Notes under the pieces: generated by a model
What the model was told of the DNA's origin: nothing
Databases searched by the model: none
The model's input: only the letters and a program-made list of their open reading frames with translations
NCBI GenBank assembly: GCA_051294375.1
Contig: CM119264.1
Coordinates: 8,005,051-8,069,050, forward strand
Reading direction: 5' to 3'
Length of the DNA stretch: 64,000 nt
DNA from: Paraspadella gotoi
Taxonomy: Eukaryota; Animalia; Chaetognatha
Shown here: positions 14,186 through 27,432 of the stretch, piece after piece
Layout of the letters: every line of letters begins with the position of its first letter
How positions within the stretch are numbered: the first letter of the stretch is position 1
Position numbers and translations under genes: made by a program

Positions 14186-16747
14186 AGGACAGAGAGAAAG
14201 AGGAGAGAGAAGAGAGAGAGCACGAACCGCCACAAAAAATATGGATTTCCAAATCTGGCCCGAGGGAAACGTTTTTTTTTCAACGTGAATTCAGCTTCGC
14301 GATTTATGTCCCAAATCCTGAGTTTAACTTTGAACGCGTTTGTCTCCAACAAAATCCAACCAAATCTCGCCCCGATTTCGCTCATCCTTCTTTCGCTTAC
14401 TTCTTCCTATGTCAGTTTCTTGGCCTTTCTCATGCTATTCCATTGTCTTTACAAAATCTTACCTTACCATTATTTTAATATTTCTTTCTTTTTTTTTTCG
14501 ACCCATTCTCCATTCCCGCCTTTTTCCTTTTCTCCTTTGCCGAGGCCCTTTAACGAAAAAGAACTCAACAACGACAATGGCGGGGAAGACGACGAAAACG
14601 ACAACAACAACGACGACGCCCCAGCTTCGCTTCCAAGTTCATCTGATAAAAAATTCACGAGTTTTGACGGAAAAAGAAAAACAAAGTTGAGAGATCTCGC
14701 GATCACCCCTTTCACTCCCCTGCGCACTCACACTCAACCAACTCTATATTCACTGTCGAACTTCTTTTTCTCACTTTCTCATATTTTTACTTCTCACTCT
14801 GTTATTCTCACTAAATCACTTCTCTCTCTCTCCTCCATTGTTTCGTATTTACTCTCCAATCATCACTTTCACTCCGCCGGCCCTCTTTTCATCCCCTTAC
14901 CCTCCACGAACCTCACCCTGTCACCCCAACCCTTCCTTTCCCCTCCGGCGGGGGTCCCTGGCGTCTCCCATTACATAATGCCTCTTTTCGACGCCTCGCG
15001 TCATAGAAAAAGAGAATAAATCAAATTGCGACTGATAAGCGAGACTCGAACGGTGGAGCGGGCGCCGGCCGGCAACGGCCGTGCGCCGCCGGGCGGGGAC
15101 GGCAGCTGAGGTGCTGCGTTGCTAGGAAAGTTGCGGCGCCGCAGTTTTCGCATCTGAAGCTGCCACGCTTGCGGAGCTGATGTTTCCTCGTTTGAGTGTC
15201 GTAGCCGACGTCATGACGAAATTTAGAAGTAATTGTATAATTGTAATTGTACAAACAAGTTACAATAAAAATACGAACTTTTGCTTGGGTCTTGGCAGCG
15301 CTGTGATGATGTCTCCGGGGACTCCGGCTTGGCAACGAGGGCGCTGTGAAAACAGCGGCTTCGCCCGCGAAAGAGAAGCTTCTCCTCGTCGCCGTTTTCA
15401 GTTTTTATGGGACCGAAACCGAAAACGAGGTGGAACCAAAATGGCGGCTCCAGATTTGTCACGATTTCATGGGAGAGGAATGGGAGGAAGAGGAAAGGAG
15501 AAGAGGCAATGCGCCGATTGTTTGAATGGGAAAAAAGGTATGAAAAAGAAGAGAAATGAAAATAAGAGAATGGAAATTTAAATAACGGCGGAAATTAAAG
15601 ATCGAAAATGGAATCAATTTAATTAAAAGAAAAAAATAAACTTCTAAAATTCATACATGACTTTCTCTACTTTCGCTCTCTCTCTTTCTCTCTCTCTGCC
15701 CTCTCTCTCTTCTCTTCTCTCTCTCTCTCTCCTCTCTCTCTCCCTCTCATCTCTCTCCTCTCCTGAATTGTTTTTCTCGTTTCCTATTTTATACGACAGG
15801 CCTGCTCCCTCCCCCACGCCTGACTCGCCTGACCGGGTCAACTTCGAAAGAGTTCAGTCGAACAGAAAAGTGTTCAGAGAATGAAAGAAAAGAACGAGAG
15901 AAAAAGGGGGGGAGGAAAGAAAGGGAAGCGGTGATCGGGGAGTGGGGGAATGTAGAATGTAGAAAGTGGAGAGGGGGATGAAAGGAATGGGAAAGGAGGA
16001 GGAAAGGATAAAAAGGAAGATAGGAGGAAGATCGGGAGGGAAAATGGGAGACGGGTGGACAGGAGGAATAGGAAAAAGGAGAACGAGGAAAGAGAAATTG
16101 GCGGGAATAGATGAAGAAAATATGAAAAAGGAGATCCGGAGTCAGGGGAGTGAGGAGAAAGGGTTGTGAGAAAAGGGGGGGGAGAACTAATGAAGCGAGA
16201 ATTCACTTGAAGACCCGTGACCCTGAAGTCGATCCCAAGACCGTCAAAGCAGACCAAGACTCAATCGGGGCTCGTTTCACATTCTCCCTCTATTGCCAAA
16301 CTTTGACAAAAGACACAAGTTTGATTTTAATTTTCAATGACACATCAATACTCGATAATTAAAAATTCAATTTCTTCGACTTGTCATTTAATTTGTTTTT
16401 ACATTTGCTCGTCATTGGTACTTGTACCATAATTTTTTTTATTTCTTAATTCTCTACATATCTAATTCTCCGATCTCGTTTAGTGTTCACCGTTTCTGTT
16501 CTCACGAGTTTTATTTTTGGATTTCTTTTTCTTTTTCTTTTCTTTCCTTGTGACTCAATCGGTCATCGAAGGCAAAAAAAGGGAGTTGGGTGTTTGCCGT
16601 GACTCGTGGTTGAGGCAGAGGGCCAAGTCTCGCGGCGCTTCGGTCCAATGGGCAGAAAATCACAGACTCCACTTTTTTTAGCAACAAATTCGACGATGAA
16701 GAAACTTCGTTTGAAACGAGAGAGTGAGTGAGTAAGGAACTAAGACA

Positions 16748-16807
<60 letters not shown>

Positions 16808-18393
16808 AGAGAGAAGAGAGAGAGAGAAAGAGAGAGAGAATGTTTAATTTCGTGGACTCGAACAAGCGATCTGCCGACTACTGCCGTGTTTTAGCCAAAG
16901 TTAGCCAGAAACTTCGAAATTCTGACGATACTGAATGAGTCTGACTCGAAGTTTAGAGACATTTTAGTGACGACCACGGCCTCGTTTCCTATTGCTATAG
17001 ATTTTATTATGAAATTGGTACAACCAATATAAAATTATCCATTCATTTAATAAATAAGCTATCTTGCCCCTGACTTTGGACAGGCTTCAACCACCTTTTT
17101 GTTCAAAGTCTACATTATCATTTCAGAAGTCGTATTCATCGTCATCGTCGTCGTCATCATCGTCGTCGTCATCGGACGGTGGTCCGTTAATGGGCGACGA
17201 TTACCGATCCGCGGGCGAGACTGGGGCTGCTGCGCTCTGAGTTAGGGGCTGCTGCGCACTGCGTTGGGGGCTGAGGCGGTCTGGCGAATGGAGGCCGCGA
17301 AGCGCCTTGAGACCGCATGAGTTTTATGGCCGATCAGAAACACAAAAGCTAATGAAAGGAAGTTGAGTGGGATAAGGGAGACAAAGCGGGCAGGTGCGAA
17401 GAAAACGACGACGACGACGACGATGACGACGACGACCGCTTTCTTACTTGCCGACGATCGCCGTTTTCCTGCCAAGAATGTCCGTGAATCCTTCCATGGT
17501 GCCAATATCGCTATGGGTCGGCGCCGCCGCGGGGAATCACACGCCGGCGACGGGAGCTCCTTGTTTCAAGACTGAGAGGCGTTTAGTCTTTTCGCGGAAT
17601 TAAAGATCGTTAGCTGTGGCGAGGAAAAAAGTGAATTAGTATGATAGTTATGCCTCAGTTATGTCTCAGACCTTTTTCGTTTTCGTAGTGTGTCTTTCCT
17701 CATTGTTATAAAGAGATAAAATTAGTCGCAATCAATTTTAGATTTTAATCAATTTACTTGATGAAAAACTAATTTCTTTTAATTTCATTCGGCAATACTT
17801 TTATCTTTAATAGCTTTAATAGTTTAAGCCTCCTAGGTTCTTGCAATAGTATAATCATAAACTCATTCGTATAAGTATTATTTACTTTGTGAGTCCTCAA
17901 TTCCGATAATGAATTCTCAGGTGGTGAATGTGGATTCATCGGTAATTATTCCTTCTTCCTCAATTGAAAAGTGATTCATCCTGACGACCGATTCTCATTA
18001 TTGTTCAACTCATTATTTTCATAGCTGAACGCATTTCCTTAATGATCGCGCTGATTGGAAATCAATTTCGTGCGTTGAAAATATCAGAAAAAATTGTGAG
18101 GTGGGAATTAAAAGATTGTAGTGGTGAAAAGAAAGTGGTTTTAACTATCATTGTAAGATGACTGTTTTAGCAGTTACCTTATGCATGAATTAGAAATTAG
18201 CATAATTATAAGACACCAGTCAATTTAATATGGTACGAAAATAGACGGTCAGTTAAAGATAGCAGGGTTCTACCAGGTTATTAATAACTGATAATAGGTC
18301 GGTGGAAAATGGAAAGCGATAAGTGATAAGTTTGAGAGCGACGATCTAATTAAGGTAAGAGGTTCCTTTGTAATCATGTCGGTCATTTCGACG

Positions 18394-18454
<61 letters not shown>

Positions 18455-20682
18455 CGGATGAGAAAGGGCGGCGCCTTTGATCACGTGACTCTTTTCCCCG
18501 ACGGCGTCGATTAACCCGAATCAATGGTTCGAAAATCTCCCACCTCGATTTGCCCACTTCGCCCACAAAACGATCCACCTTTTCCAATCTCCACCCACCC
18601 TCTAGCTCCACTTTCTTAAAAATTCCATTTTCCTTTCCGTCCTCTCCCTTTATGTACCATGTACAATTGTACATATATTATATATCTTCCAACGTTCCTT
18701 ACCCTTACTGCCCCTTGTCCCGACTCTGGACTCCCTCTGTCTCTCTGCCGTCGATCTTACTGGTAAGGTAAGTCCACTTTATATCAGCCTTGTTTCGAGT
18801 GACTTTACTTGACTCTTGTTTTAATCAAGCCTCACAGGTCAGCCTGTGAGCTGGAGCACTCAGAATGAACAAAACCCTCGAAAACTCTAGGGGCCAATCA
18901 GAGCTTCTCTCAAACTCTCGCCGAAGGTGAGGTCTCTCGGGCCCGGCGGTCAATGGGGCCGAGAGCGGGGCGAGAGAAAAAAGGGTAAAGAGGGGAAGGA
19001 AAAAGTTATAAAGGTTGGGAGAGATGAGAGACAGAGTGAGAGACTGCCTTTGGCATTGTCATTATGGGTTTGAGGTGTCGGTCGGCGTCGGGTCCCAAGG
19101 GTCGCGGCGGCAGGCGGCACAGAGGTAACGAGGGGCCAAACATCGGTGATGGAGTGAAGAACGGAAGGCGTTGGAAGAAATAAAACTGGAAGAAGGAAGG
19201 TAGGAAGGAAGGAAGGAAGGAAGGAAGAAAGAAGTAGTGTCAAAACTTTTGTCAAAAGGAATGAAGGAAGGAAGGAAGGAAGGAGAGAAGAAGGAAAGGA
19301 AGGGAAGGAAGGAAGGAAGGAAGGAAGGAAGGAAAGAAAAAATGAAAGAGGGAAACGGGAAAGGAAAGGAGGGGAGAAGAAAAGGGAGGAGAGACAGCAG
19401 AAAAGAACGAACGAGGGAAGGAAAAATATTCAAAAAGATTTACAGTAATACATGGAGCATGATTTGTACAATTCGTAACAAATCAAAAACTGTAATACAA
19501 AGAATTCCAAACTACATATAATGTTTTTTTCCAAACTACCTCGCTAGTCAAACCGTCACCTTAAATTTCCAACCGAGATTCCGAAATCCCCCTTTTCCGC
19601 TTCGATGATCGACGAATTTAGATGGCGCTGGGAGGATTGAGGAAGACTCGCTGAGATGGAAACAAAGGAGCAACAGTCGAACTTGAGTAGATGGTGGAGA
19701 GGAGGAAGAGTGAAAGAGCAAAGAGGAAAATAGGGAAGGAGGGAGAATGAGAGGGCAAAGAAGAAAGGAGGAAGGGTGGATGGAGAGTATGCCAAGGGGC
19801 GAAAGGGAGACGGAGAGGAATTAGTGCCAAATGTGCCGACCGTAAATCCAAATTAGTTCGGCGCGTTAAGTTTCGCGAAATTACCGTAACCGCGCTGTAA
19901 CGAAAGGGCGAGGCGATTTCGCGAGCGTCGACAGGGAGATGTTGTTGATTTCGAAGTACTAGGCATGTTTATTTTTTTATTTTTTAAGAATTAAAAAAAT
20001 TAAATAAAGTTTAAACGAAATATATTAGCGCTGACGGAGGCGACCAACATGGGAAGGCGATTTTAGTCAATTTAAAACTTTTTTTAGCATTTCTTACGTA
20101 TGTTAAAAAGAATAAAATAAATAGAATTGATAAAATCAGTGACAAACAGATCTGATGCCTCGACAAACTGAATTATTAGGAGTTCACCCCCTCCCCCCCC
20201 AAAAAAAAACAACCGAGTTTTCGGCCTTCGGGGGAAAAAAGCGGTTTTTTAAGCCCGTCGGAGTTTGTTTTGATTTTTTCCGCGTTTTGGTTAAAATGAC
20301 AAATTGGATCCAACAGATTTCGGGAGCGGCCGAAAAAAAAAATAATTAGAATTTTCGCATTTGCATAAAGCGAATGTGACATTTGGTGGCTTTATTTACG
20401 ACAGCTTCCGGGTGAGAGTGAGAGACAGAGAGGGTGAGAAATGAAAATAGAAAGAAAGAAACAAGAATTCAAATTTTTGCCAGTTATGTACCTTTTATTT
20501 CTATATCCTTACCATAATATATTAGTTTTGAACCCGATTCCTTCCGGGTGAAGAATGAAGCATTAAATATTCTTTTGTTTCAAATTTTGTTTTGGAAATA
20601 ATTTGTGCCATAAAAAACATCATTCTAAAACGCGGTTCTAAAAGGATTTATGACAATTGTTAGTTTCCGCTATTTGAGAGAC

Positions 20683-20739
<57 letters not shown>

Positions 20740-21636
20740 TATTGTCGTAGATCATCTAAATTTAAACACTTTTTCGTTAATTGAATTTGCATTTTTTTGG
20801 AAACTGTTTTGTGACAAACCAGCGACGTAACGTAACGTAACCACGTAACGTATTAATTTTCCAATCTACGTAGCTTCCTTCCGAAGTTCTTTAGCTATTT
20901 CTCGTGAGTTCGTCCTCACCCGACAGACGTCATTAATTTAAGCGTCAATGAAAACTAAATCGCCTCATTGCGGAATCAAAGTGGATGATGTCGTGTCGTC
21001 GTCGTCGGTCATGTAATATTAATGAAGGCATGAATTTGTCCCGCGATTGGAGGTTGTATGGTTTTGCCTGATGGTGAGAGAAAAGAGAGAGAGGAGAGAG
21101 AGAGAGAGAGAGAGAGAAGAGAAGAGAGAGAGAGAGAGAGATAAGAGAAGAAGAGAGAAGGAAAACCCTCTTTTTCTCCTCACCAGCTATCGCGATAGCT
21201 CGCCAACTGAAGGCGAAAAAAAAAGATCAGAGCAGGAGGCCTTGGAATGTTTCCCATTTTTCTCTTTCACGTGCCACCCAAGTGAGCATGGGGAGGAAAG
21301 GAGAGAGGAGAGAGAGAGAGAGAGAGAAGAGAGGAGAAGAAGAGAGAGATGAGAGAGAGAGAGAAGAGAGAGGAAGAGAGAGAGGCAACGCAGGGTTTTC
21401 GTCGCCGAAGAGAGTCTCTATCTCTTGGCGTGATTCAGTCCGCATTCGCGATGGAACCTCAAAATCGGTGCCGGCGTAACCAAACCCGGCCGGCGAGGAG
21501 GAGGCGCCGTTAGCGCGATCGGGCGCCAATTGAAAACCGCGACGGGGTAATTAGCTCGCGACTAATTAAAAAAAAATCTGGATAGAAGACGAAAGAGAGA
21601 GAGAGAGAGAAGAAGAGAGAGAGAGGAGAGAGAGAT

Positions 21637-21667
<31 letters not shown>

Positions 21668-23414
21668 GGAAGATGGTTCGATTCTGGGGGGAAGGAGGGA
21701 TTAAAGGGAGAAAGGTGGAGAAACAAAAGGAGACACAGATTCACTAAAAGATAAAAGGAAAAGGCGAAAAAAAATTACCTTTTTTTTGTCAAATTAAAGT
21801 AAAAAATTGGCAGAGTATTATTTCGGTTAAACTAAGTGTAAATTGTAAGCAAAGCTTGTTCTATTTGTCTTAGGTTGTCGGATTCTAAGAACCATAAAAA
21901 ACGCCGAAAAAAAGAGAAACTCAAAGAATTTGGGTGAAAAAAAATTAAAAGAAGAAAAAAAGAACAAGTTTGGGAAAGTGACGCGGATTTTAGTTTGATA
22001 GATTCGCTTCTAATTACCAGATTCTCTAAGCTCTTTCAGATCAGCCTCCCAAATTTCTGAAGGAGAAACGAGAAGAGAAAGAGAAGAGGAGAGAGAGAGA
22101 GTAGGAGAGAGAGAGACAGAGAGAGAGAGAAGAGAGAATTGAATGATTCGTCGTACGTCGTCCTCATCTAACGAGGGCGGGGAAAACGTATACGCCAGGG
22201 TGGTCCGCTTGAAAAAAAATGAGGGATTTCGCTTTGAAAGAAATGTGGAGAATTGTTCAAAATTGCATTGCAAAATTGAAAAATTTGCATAACGCGAAAA
22301 GGTCTCGGGAGAATATGCAAAAGTTATTGGCAAAATTGCAAAAATTTGCAAAAATTTGCAAATGCATAACGCGAAAAGGTCGGGAGAATATGCAAAAGTT
22401 GCGAGCTCAAGAAAAATCGATTGGAGGAAAAGAAGGAAGGGAAGTAGGGGGATAGTCTGGGTTGAGATTAAAAGTGGCTTTGAAAAAGAAAAAGAAATCA
22501 GGAAAGATAGAAAAGAAAAAAGATGGAAAAAAATAATATTCATTGGACACGACTAGAAATTCAGTCCGACGCATTTCTCTATTTTTTTTTCCCCAAACAG
22601 CTTGAGCATAAAAATTGAAAAATTAACAATTAAAAATTGCAAACGATAAATTATAATCGTTTATTTTCTATATTTAAAAGTAATTAAGCAAAAGCGAATA
22701 CATAATACAATAAACTTTTATTGTGTCAAAATTTTCGTTGATACTATAGGAACAAAAAAAACAAAAACCTATTCTCGTCAAAGCAAAGATTATAGGGAAA
22801 AGCGATCGTCGTTATTCTGATCCTTTTTAGTTAAAACAGATGGTCATTTCTTTCTCATATAAATCGAGGAAAAAAAACTCGATTAATTTTCGGTCAACGA
22901 ACCAAGCAAAAAAAAATCAAGCTGGTAAGGAGCGTCGAACTTACTTTTCTCGATCCCACCCTTACTGCCTCACCCTGACTCCCTCCCCCCCCGATTGCTG
23001 AGGCCAACACACGAATTCGTTTTTCTTACCTCCTCTGACTTTCCCTTTTCTTTTTTCTATTTTTCTTGTCGTTCTTCCCATTGCGTGTACCTCACTCGAA
23101 AACCGCTGCCTCCTTCAGATTCCTCACCCAAGCCGCCCCCCCCACCGCCACTCGTCTCCTCCGCGGCCACAACCCCCCACTGCGATCATCCATAAGTTCG
23201 CGCGCGCACGCGACTTCTGTGTTTCTTTTGTCCGGCGTTCCGCTTCGCTGCCAGTGGTACTTCGCTGCGCTGTGCCGCACTGTCTGTGACAAAATTTCCG
23301 ATATTTTCGATCGAGACGACCATCTTTGTCCCCCCCCGTCGATTGACAAAGTCGAGATCTCCGCTTCACAACATATTTCTCTCTCCGGGCGTTGATGACT
23401 TCAAAGTCGTCATT

Positions 23415-23451
<37 letters not shown>

Positions 23452-24410
23452 GTCGTTGACCAGGCCGCGAGAATCCTAAACCTTTTATCCTTTCTCAGTA
23501 CAGAAAGACGGTCGTTTTTGATGTTGAATTTGCGTCTAATTTATCAATTAAATCAAATAAACTAATGATATACATATAAATAATAAATACAATAGTTTGA
23601 GCTTCAATGGAATAAAATTAATAGATTTAATTAATAGATCTAAAAATTTATAGATATGAAAGATTCAAAATTACTTGTTTCACTATCTTTATTATTTATT
23701 TGTTATTTTTTAAATTTAAAATAACTATTATTTATGGATTTGTTTTGTTAGTTAAAATATTTTGTTTTAAATATTTAAAAAAAATATTATTATCTTTATA
23801 GTTTGGGGATGGGGACGTCTTTTTGGAAATAGAGTGTGCATCTATTTCGATTTTTAATGGAAATAAAATTTATTTTGAATTAAATATCTATTTGTATTTA
23901 GAACATGTCCGATCCCGACTAATTTAATAAAAATCTACGAAGAAATTGTATAGAAATTAATTCCCTTTGAGAGAAGAAATCAAAAACCCCCCCCCAAAAA
24001 AACTTTTAAGAAAAGCAACAAAACGAGTCATTTTGTTTTATGTGTCCTCGTTCTTAACAAAAGAGGTCATATCGAAATAGAACCAATCACGAATAAAAGA
24101 CATAGATGTTTTTAAATTAAATCGTGCTATCGCTGCTAATCTTCTTCAATTAAGTTTGCCCGTAAACATGGTTTCCAGGTAAAGAGAGTCAAGAGGCCAA
24201 GAGAAGAAATTATTGTCTCGGACGAAGTATAATGAATTAACTAGCGGTTTCAAAGGGATTGTTCGAAACATTTGTTTGCTAAAATTCCGTGCGTTTCTTC
24301 TCCCAAAAATCCAAAACCAGTTATCTTTGAACAAATAAAAATTCCGCAGGGAAGCAGTCCTGAAAAAAATCGAACTAAATTCGCAATCTTGACTCGTGTA
24401 TAATAAAACA

Positions 24411-25896
24411 ATGGCGGTTAATCCTCTTATCGACGTTGAAGATCTCAACAAACTTTTGGAAGAGAAAGATGAAAAAGTCAAGACCTCATTCAAGCAACGT
24501 TCCAATCAAGAAGTAAGTAACTGTTTGTTGATAAGAAATTCGACTCTCTACCGTTTTTTCTCTTTTTTTTTTCACGATCGCAGGGAAAAGAGGAATTTTT
24601 GAAGGGCACATTCCAGAATCCAGGCTTTTCGACGTTCGCGAATGCTCCGCCCTGATTCGGATATTCCTTAATGTTGCCCCTCTGCCGAGCTCTTCGCAAA
24701 ATACGTCGGGAGTTTAGGATTAAGTGAGCATATACGGAGAGGATAATAAGATATTTAGTATTTGTAAATTAATCTGTATAGATGCAATCGTATATTCAGT
24801 AAATTTATATTATATATATATAGGTATTCACAACCCAGCAGATTTCAAGGCCGAGTGATCGTTCTACGACTCGACTGCCAAACCGTTCGTCTCCGCGCTC
24901 GCGTCTGGTGGGATGTTCAGAGTTTCGGCCACGATGACGTTCAAGTTTTAAACGGAGGATTCCAAGCGTGGCGAGAGGTAGACACTTGGTTTTCCGCTCT
25001 TTTCTTGTTTTCCTTGTCTCGGGTCTTTTTCTTTCTCTTTCGTCGCCTTTTAAGATTTAGAAAGTTTTAAATAAATTTCGCCAACAAGTTTCGACTTTGG
25101 TTTCAAGTCTTCTTCATTTTCGCTGATGAAACCAAAGTCAAAACATGTCCGAATTTTTTAAAAATAAAATTTCATTACGTTGCCCAAATTTATTTAAAAC
25201 TTTCGGGAAGACACTTGTTATGAAAAAAAAAAAAAAAACAATATCAAAATATAATATTCTCTTTCTCTCTCTCTGAATGGCAGAAAAGCCTGGAAACGGA
25301 GTCAGGCGAGGCGCGAGGGACAGTAGAATCTGCCGAATTCAAGGGGGAATTCAAGAAGCTACTCTACGCTTCCGCCGAAGACGTCGAAGCCTTTTTGGCG
25401 GCAAAGAATGGAAAGGTTATTCTTTCGTTGTTTTTTTTTTTTATTTACAACTACAAGTGTGAAATTTGTTTATATTCTGTTGGTATGTCTTTCGTTTCTA
25501 TTCCATTTAATTTCTTTCCTTTCGATTCCAATCCAGCTTCTTGACGCTCGCCCTCTCTCCATGGCGAACGAAGTCGGCACAATCACCGGCGCTGTCAACG
25601 CCTTCTTCATGAATGTCTACGACTCCGGTGTCTGGAAGGGCGCGGAGGCCATGAGAAATATGTTCGAAAAATTCGGCGCGAATGTAGAGGTTCGTCCAAT
25701 ATTTTTGTTTAAAATTGCGGTGCTCATTGTAAATAAAGTATCAACATTTTTGCAGGAGGACATGATTGTGTTTTGCAAGATCGGAGTTTCTTCCTGCACA
25801 TTGGCTTTGGCTGCGTTCATTTGCGGAAACGCCAATGTCGCCGTATACGATGGCAGTTACACCGAATGGAATAAAAGAATTAGTGAACAAAAGTGA
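24411..25896 (+). CDS. Two-domain sulfurtransferase (TST/MPST-like rhodanese); several apparent frameshifts in exons 2-3
   Basis: Reconstructed segments: MAVNPLIDVEDLNKLL; GKEEFLKG[H]IPESRLFD...MLPSAELFAKYVGSLG; YDS...[31 protein letters not shown]...GTITGAVN; IVFCKIGVSSC...VAVYDGSYTEW, the last being the C-terminal rhodanese signature. Approximate exons: 24411-24512, 24584-~24723, ~24842-24977, 25284-25416, 25538-25689, 25757-25896. Confidence 0.85.
25082..25150. other. Degenerate palindromic Penelope-type hammerhead ribozyme relic in a sulfurtransferase intron
   Basis: The minus strand reads aTGAAGA-a-gactt-gaaacca-aagtc-GAAAC. The plus strand reads CTGATGA-aaccaaagtc-aAAAC-ATGTC. The two halves form an inverted repeat, and each core has a lesion. 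Confidence 0.45.
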
Positions 25897-27432
25897 AAAA
25901 CTACTACTACCTAATTTGTTTTTTTACTCGAGACGTTCTAAACATTAATCTAAAATATCTGTTAAAACCTCTGGTCGAAGAACGAAACATCTCAGTTCAG
26001 CTAAATTGAAATTTAAGAAGTTTCATAGTGTGACTTTAAATCAAGTATTCGATTAAGAATCTAATTTTCATGTCGCGGAACCAAGAATCGAATTCTCTAG
26101 TTAGCTACTTTAATACTTTTAATGAGACTTGGGAACAGGGCACTTGGTAATAAGAGGCGGTTGGAATTGCCAGCTGAATCGGCAATCGTTGTTAGGACCC
26201 ACCGATCTTCTTAAAACGCCCGATATTCAAACAAAATAGTAATTATCAAAATCATTATTTACATACTGTAAACATTTAAAATAAATACAAAATACAGTAA
26301 AAATTCAAAAACCAATGAATATACTAAAAATACTAAATCTCGACAATGAACTATAACTAGTTATAGGCATAGCCGATGAAATTTAAATGCTAATGTATAC
26401 AGCGTTTAAATAATCTATCATGAGTATAGATTATGGTATTAAAATATTTTTTGTCAAAAATGCTCTTTTCTGAGTTAAAACTTATTTTATTACTATATAA
26501 AGAAAAATTACCACAAAAATATTAGTTTACCTTAATTTTCAGCTTCATGAACATCAGCACTTCAAGTCAGTTTTGGAATAATTTGGGAAAATTGGAAGTA
26601 AAATGCTGAACCATGCATCTTCAAACTATGCTTAATTATTGAAAATTTATCAATTATAGTTATAAAATGTTTTTTATATGTTTAAAACGTCAATACCCCT
26701 GATGCTACTAAAAAATTTCAAAAAATGAAAATAATTTTTTTTTTTGGGCCCCCCAAGGGTCCTGTGTATCTCTTGTTGAATATTAAAATTCGCCTCGATA
26801 CTTCCATTTATATCGTCATTAGGACTCTCAATCTCAAATTTCATGAAATTCAATCAGGTAGTTTGGTAGGAACAGATTCTGGACACAAAAAAGGGGTACA
26901 TCATTATATATCATTATACATTATAATATGAAGCCTTCTGTATAGAAAACAGATATGCGAGTTTTTGGGTTCAACATTATCCTTTTTTTGCTGAGCAAGT
27001 GCACTGCCTGACCTCTGATATCGATTTAGTCATAAATGTATATAAATGTATTAGTAATTTAGTAGTACGTAAATAGAAAAGGATAAGAGCGTTGATTAAG
27101 TTATTGCACATTCGGACTGGAATCAGTTATTAAGAAAACGTCCGATGTTGTGGTTTTTGGTTAAAAATACTATAAGTTATTTAATCGAAACTGGTATCCT
27201 CAAGAATCTTCATCGATAGTTACTCCACTGTCGGTCTACATAAAAACACTGATATTCCTCTCAGTCACTCGAGAAGACGTCCGATGCTTAATTTAATCGC
27301 GTATTTTCAGAAACTCAAACTGGCTTATCCGGTTTTCGCGTAACTCGTAGAATAAGAATAGGAGAATTTGACGATTAAACCGAGAAAATCGGTTTAAAAC
27401 GAAAACGTTTTTGAAACTTATTATCTCATAAA

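Noticed and set aside
18753-18780. gatcttactgg resembles the miR-8/miR-200 5p arm
   Set aside because: There is no taatactg 3p arm and no precursor hairpin.
22275-22402. Two-copy ~45-bp direct repeat (tgcataacgcgaaaaggtc.gggagaatatgcaaaagtt)
   Set aside because: A real but small local duplication with no further structure supporting a function.
359-23400. Many ORF-track entries made of ER/SL/KKER/FFLS repeats or X runs
   Set aside because: They are translations of (AG)n, (TTTC)n and (GAC)n microsatellites or N gaps, with no domain motifs or splice-consistent structure.
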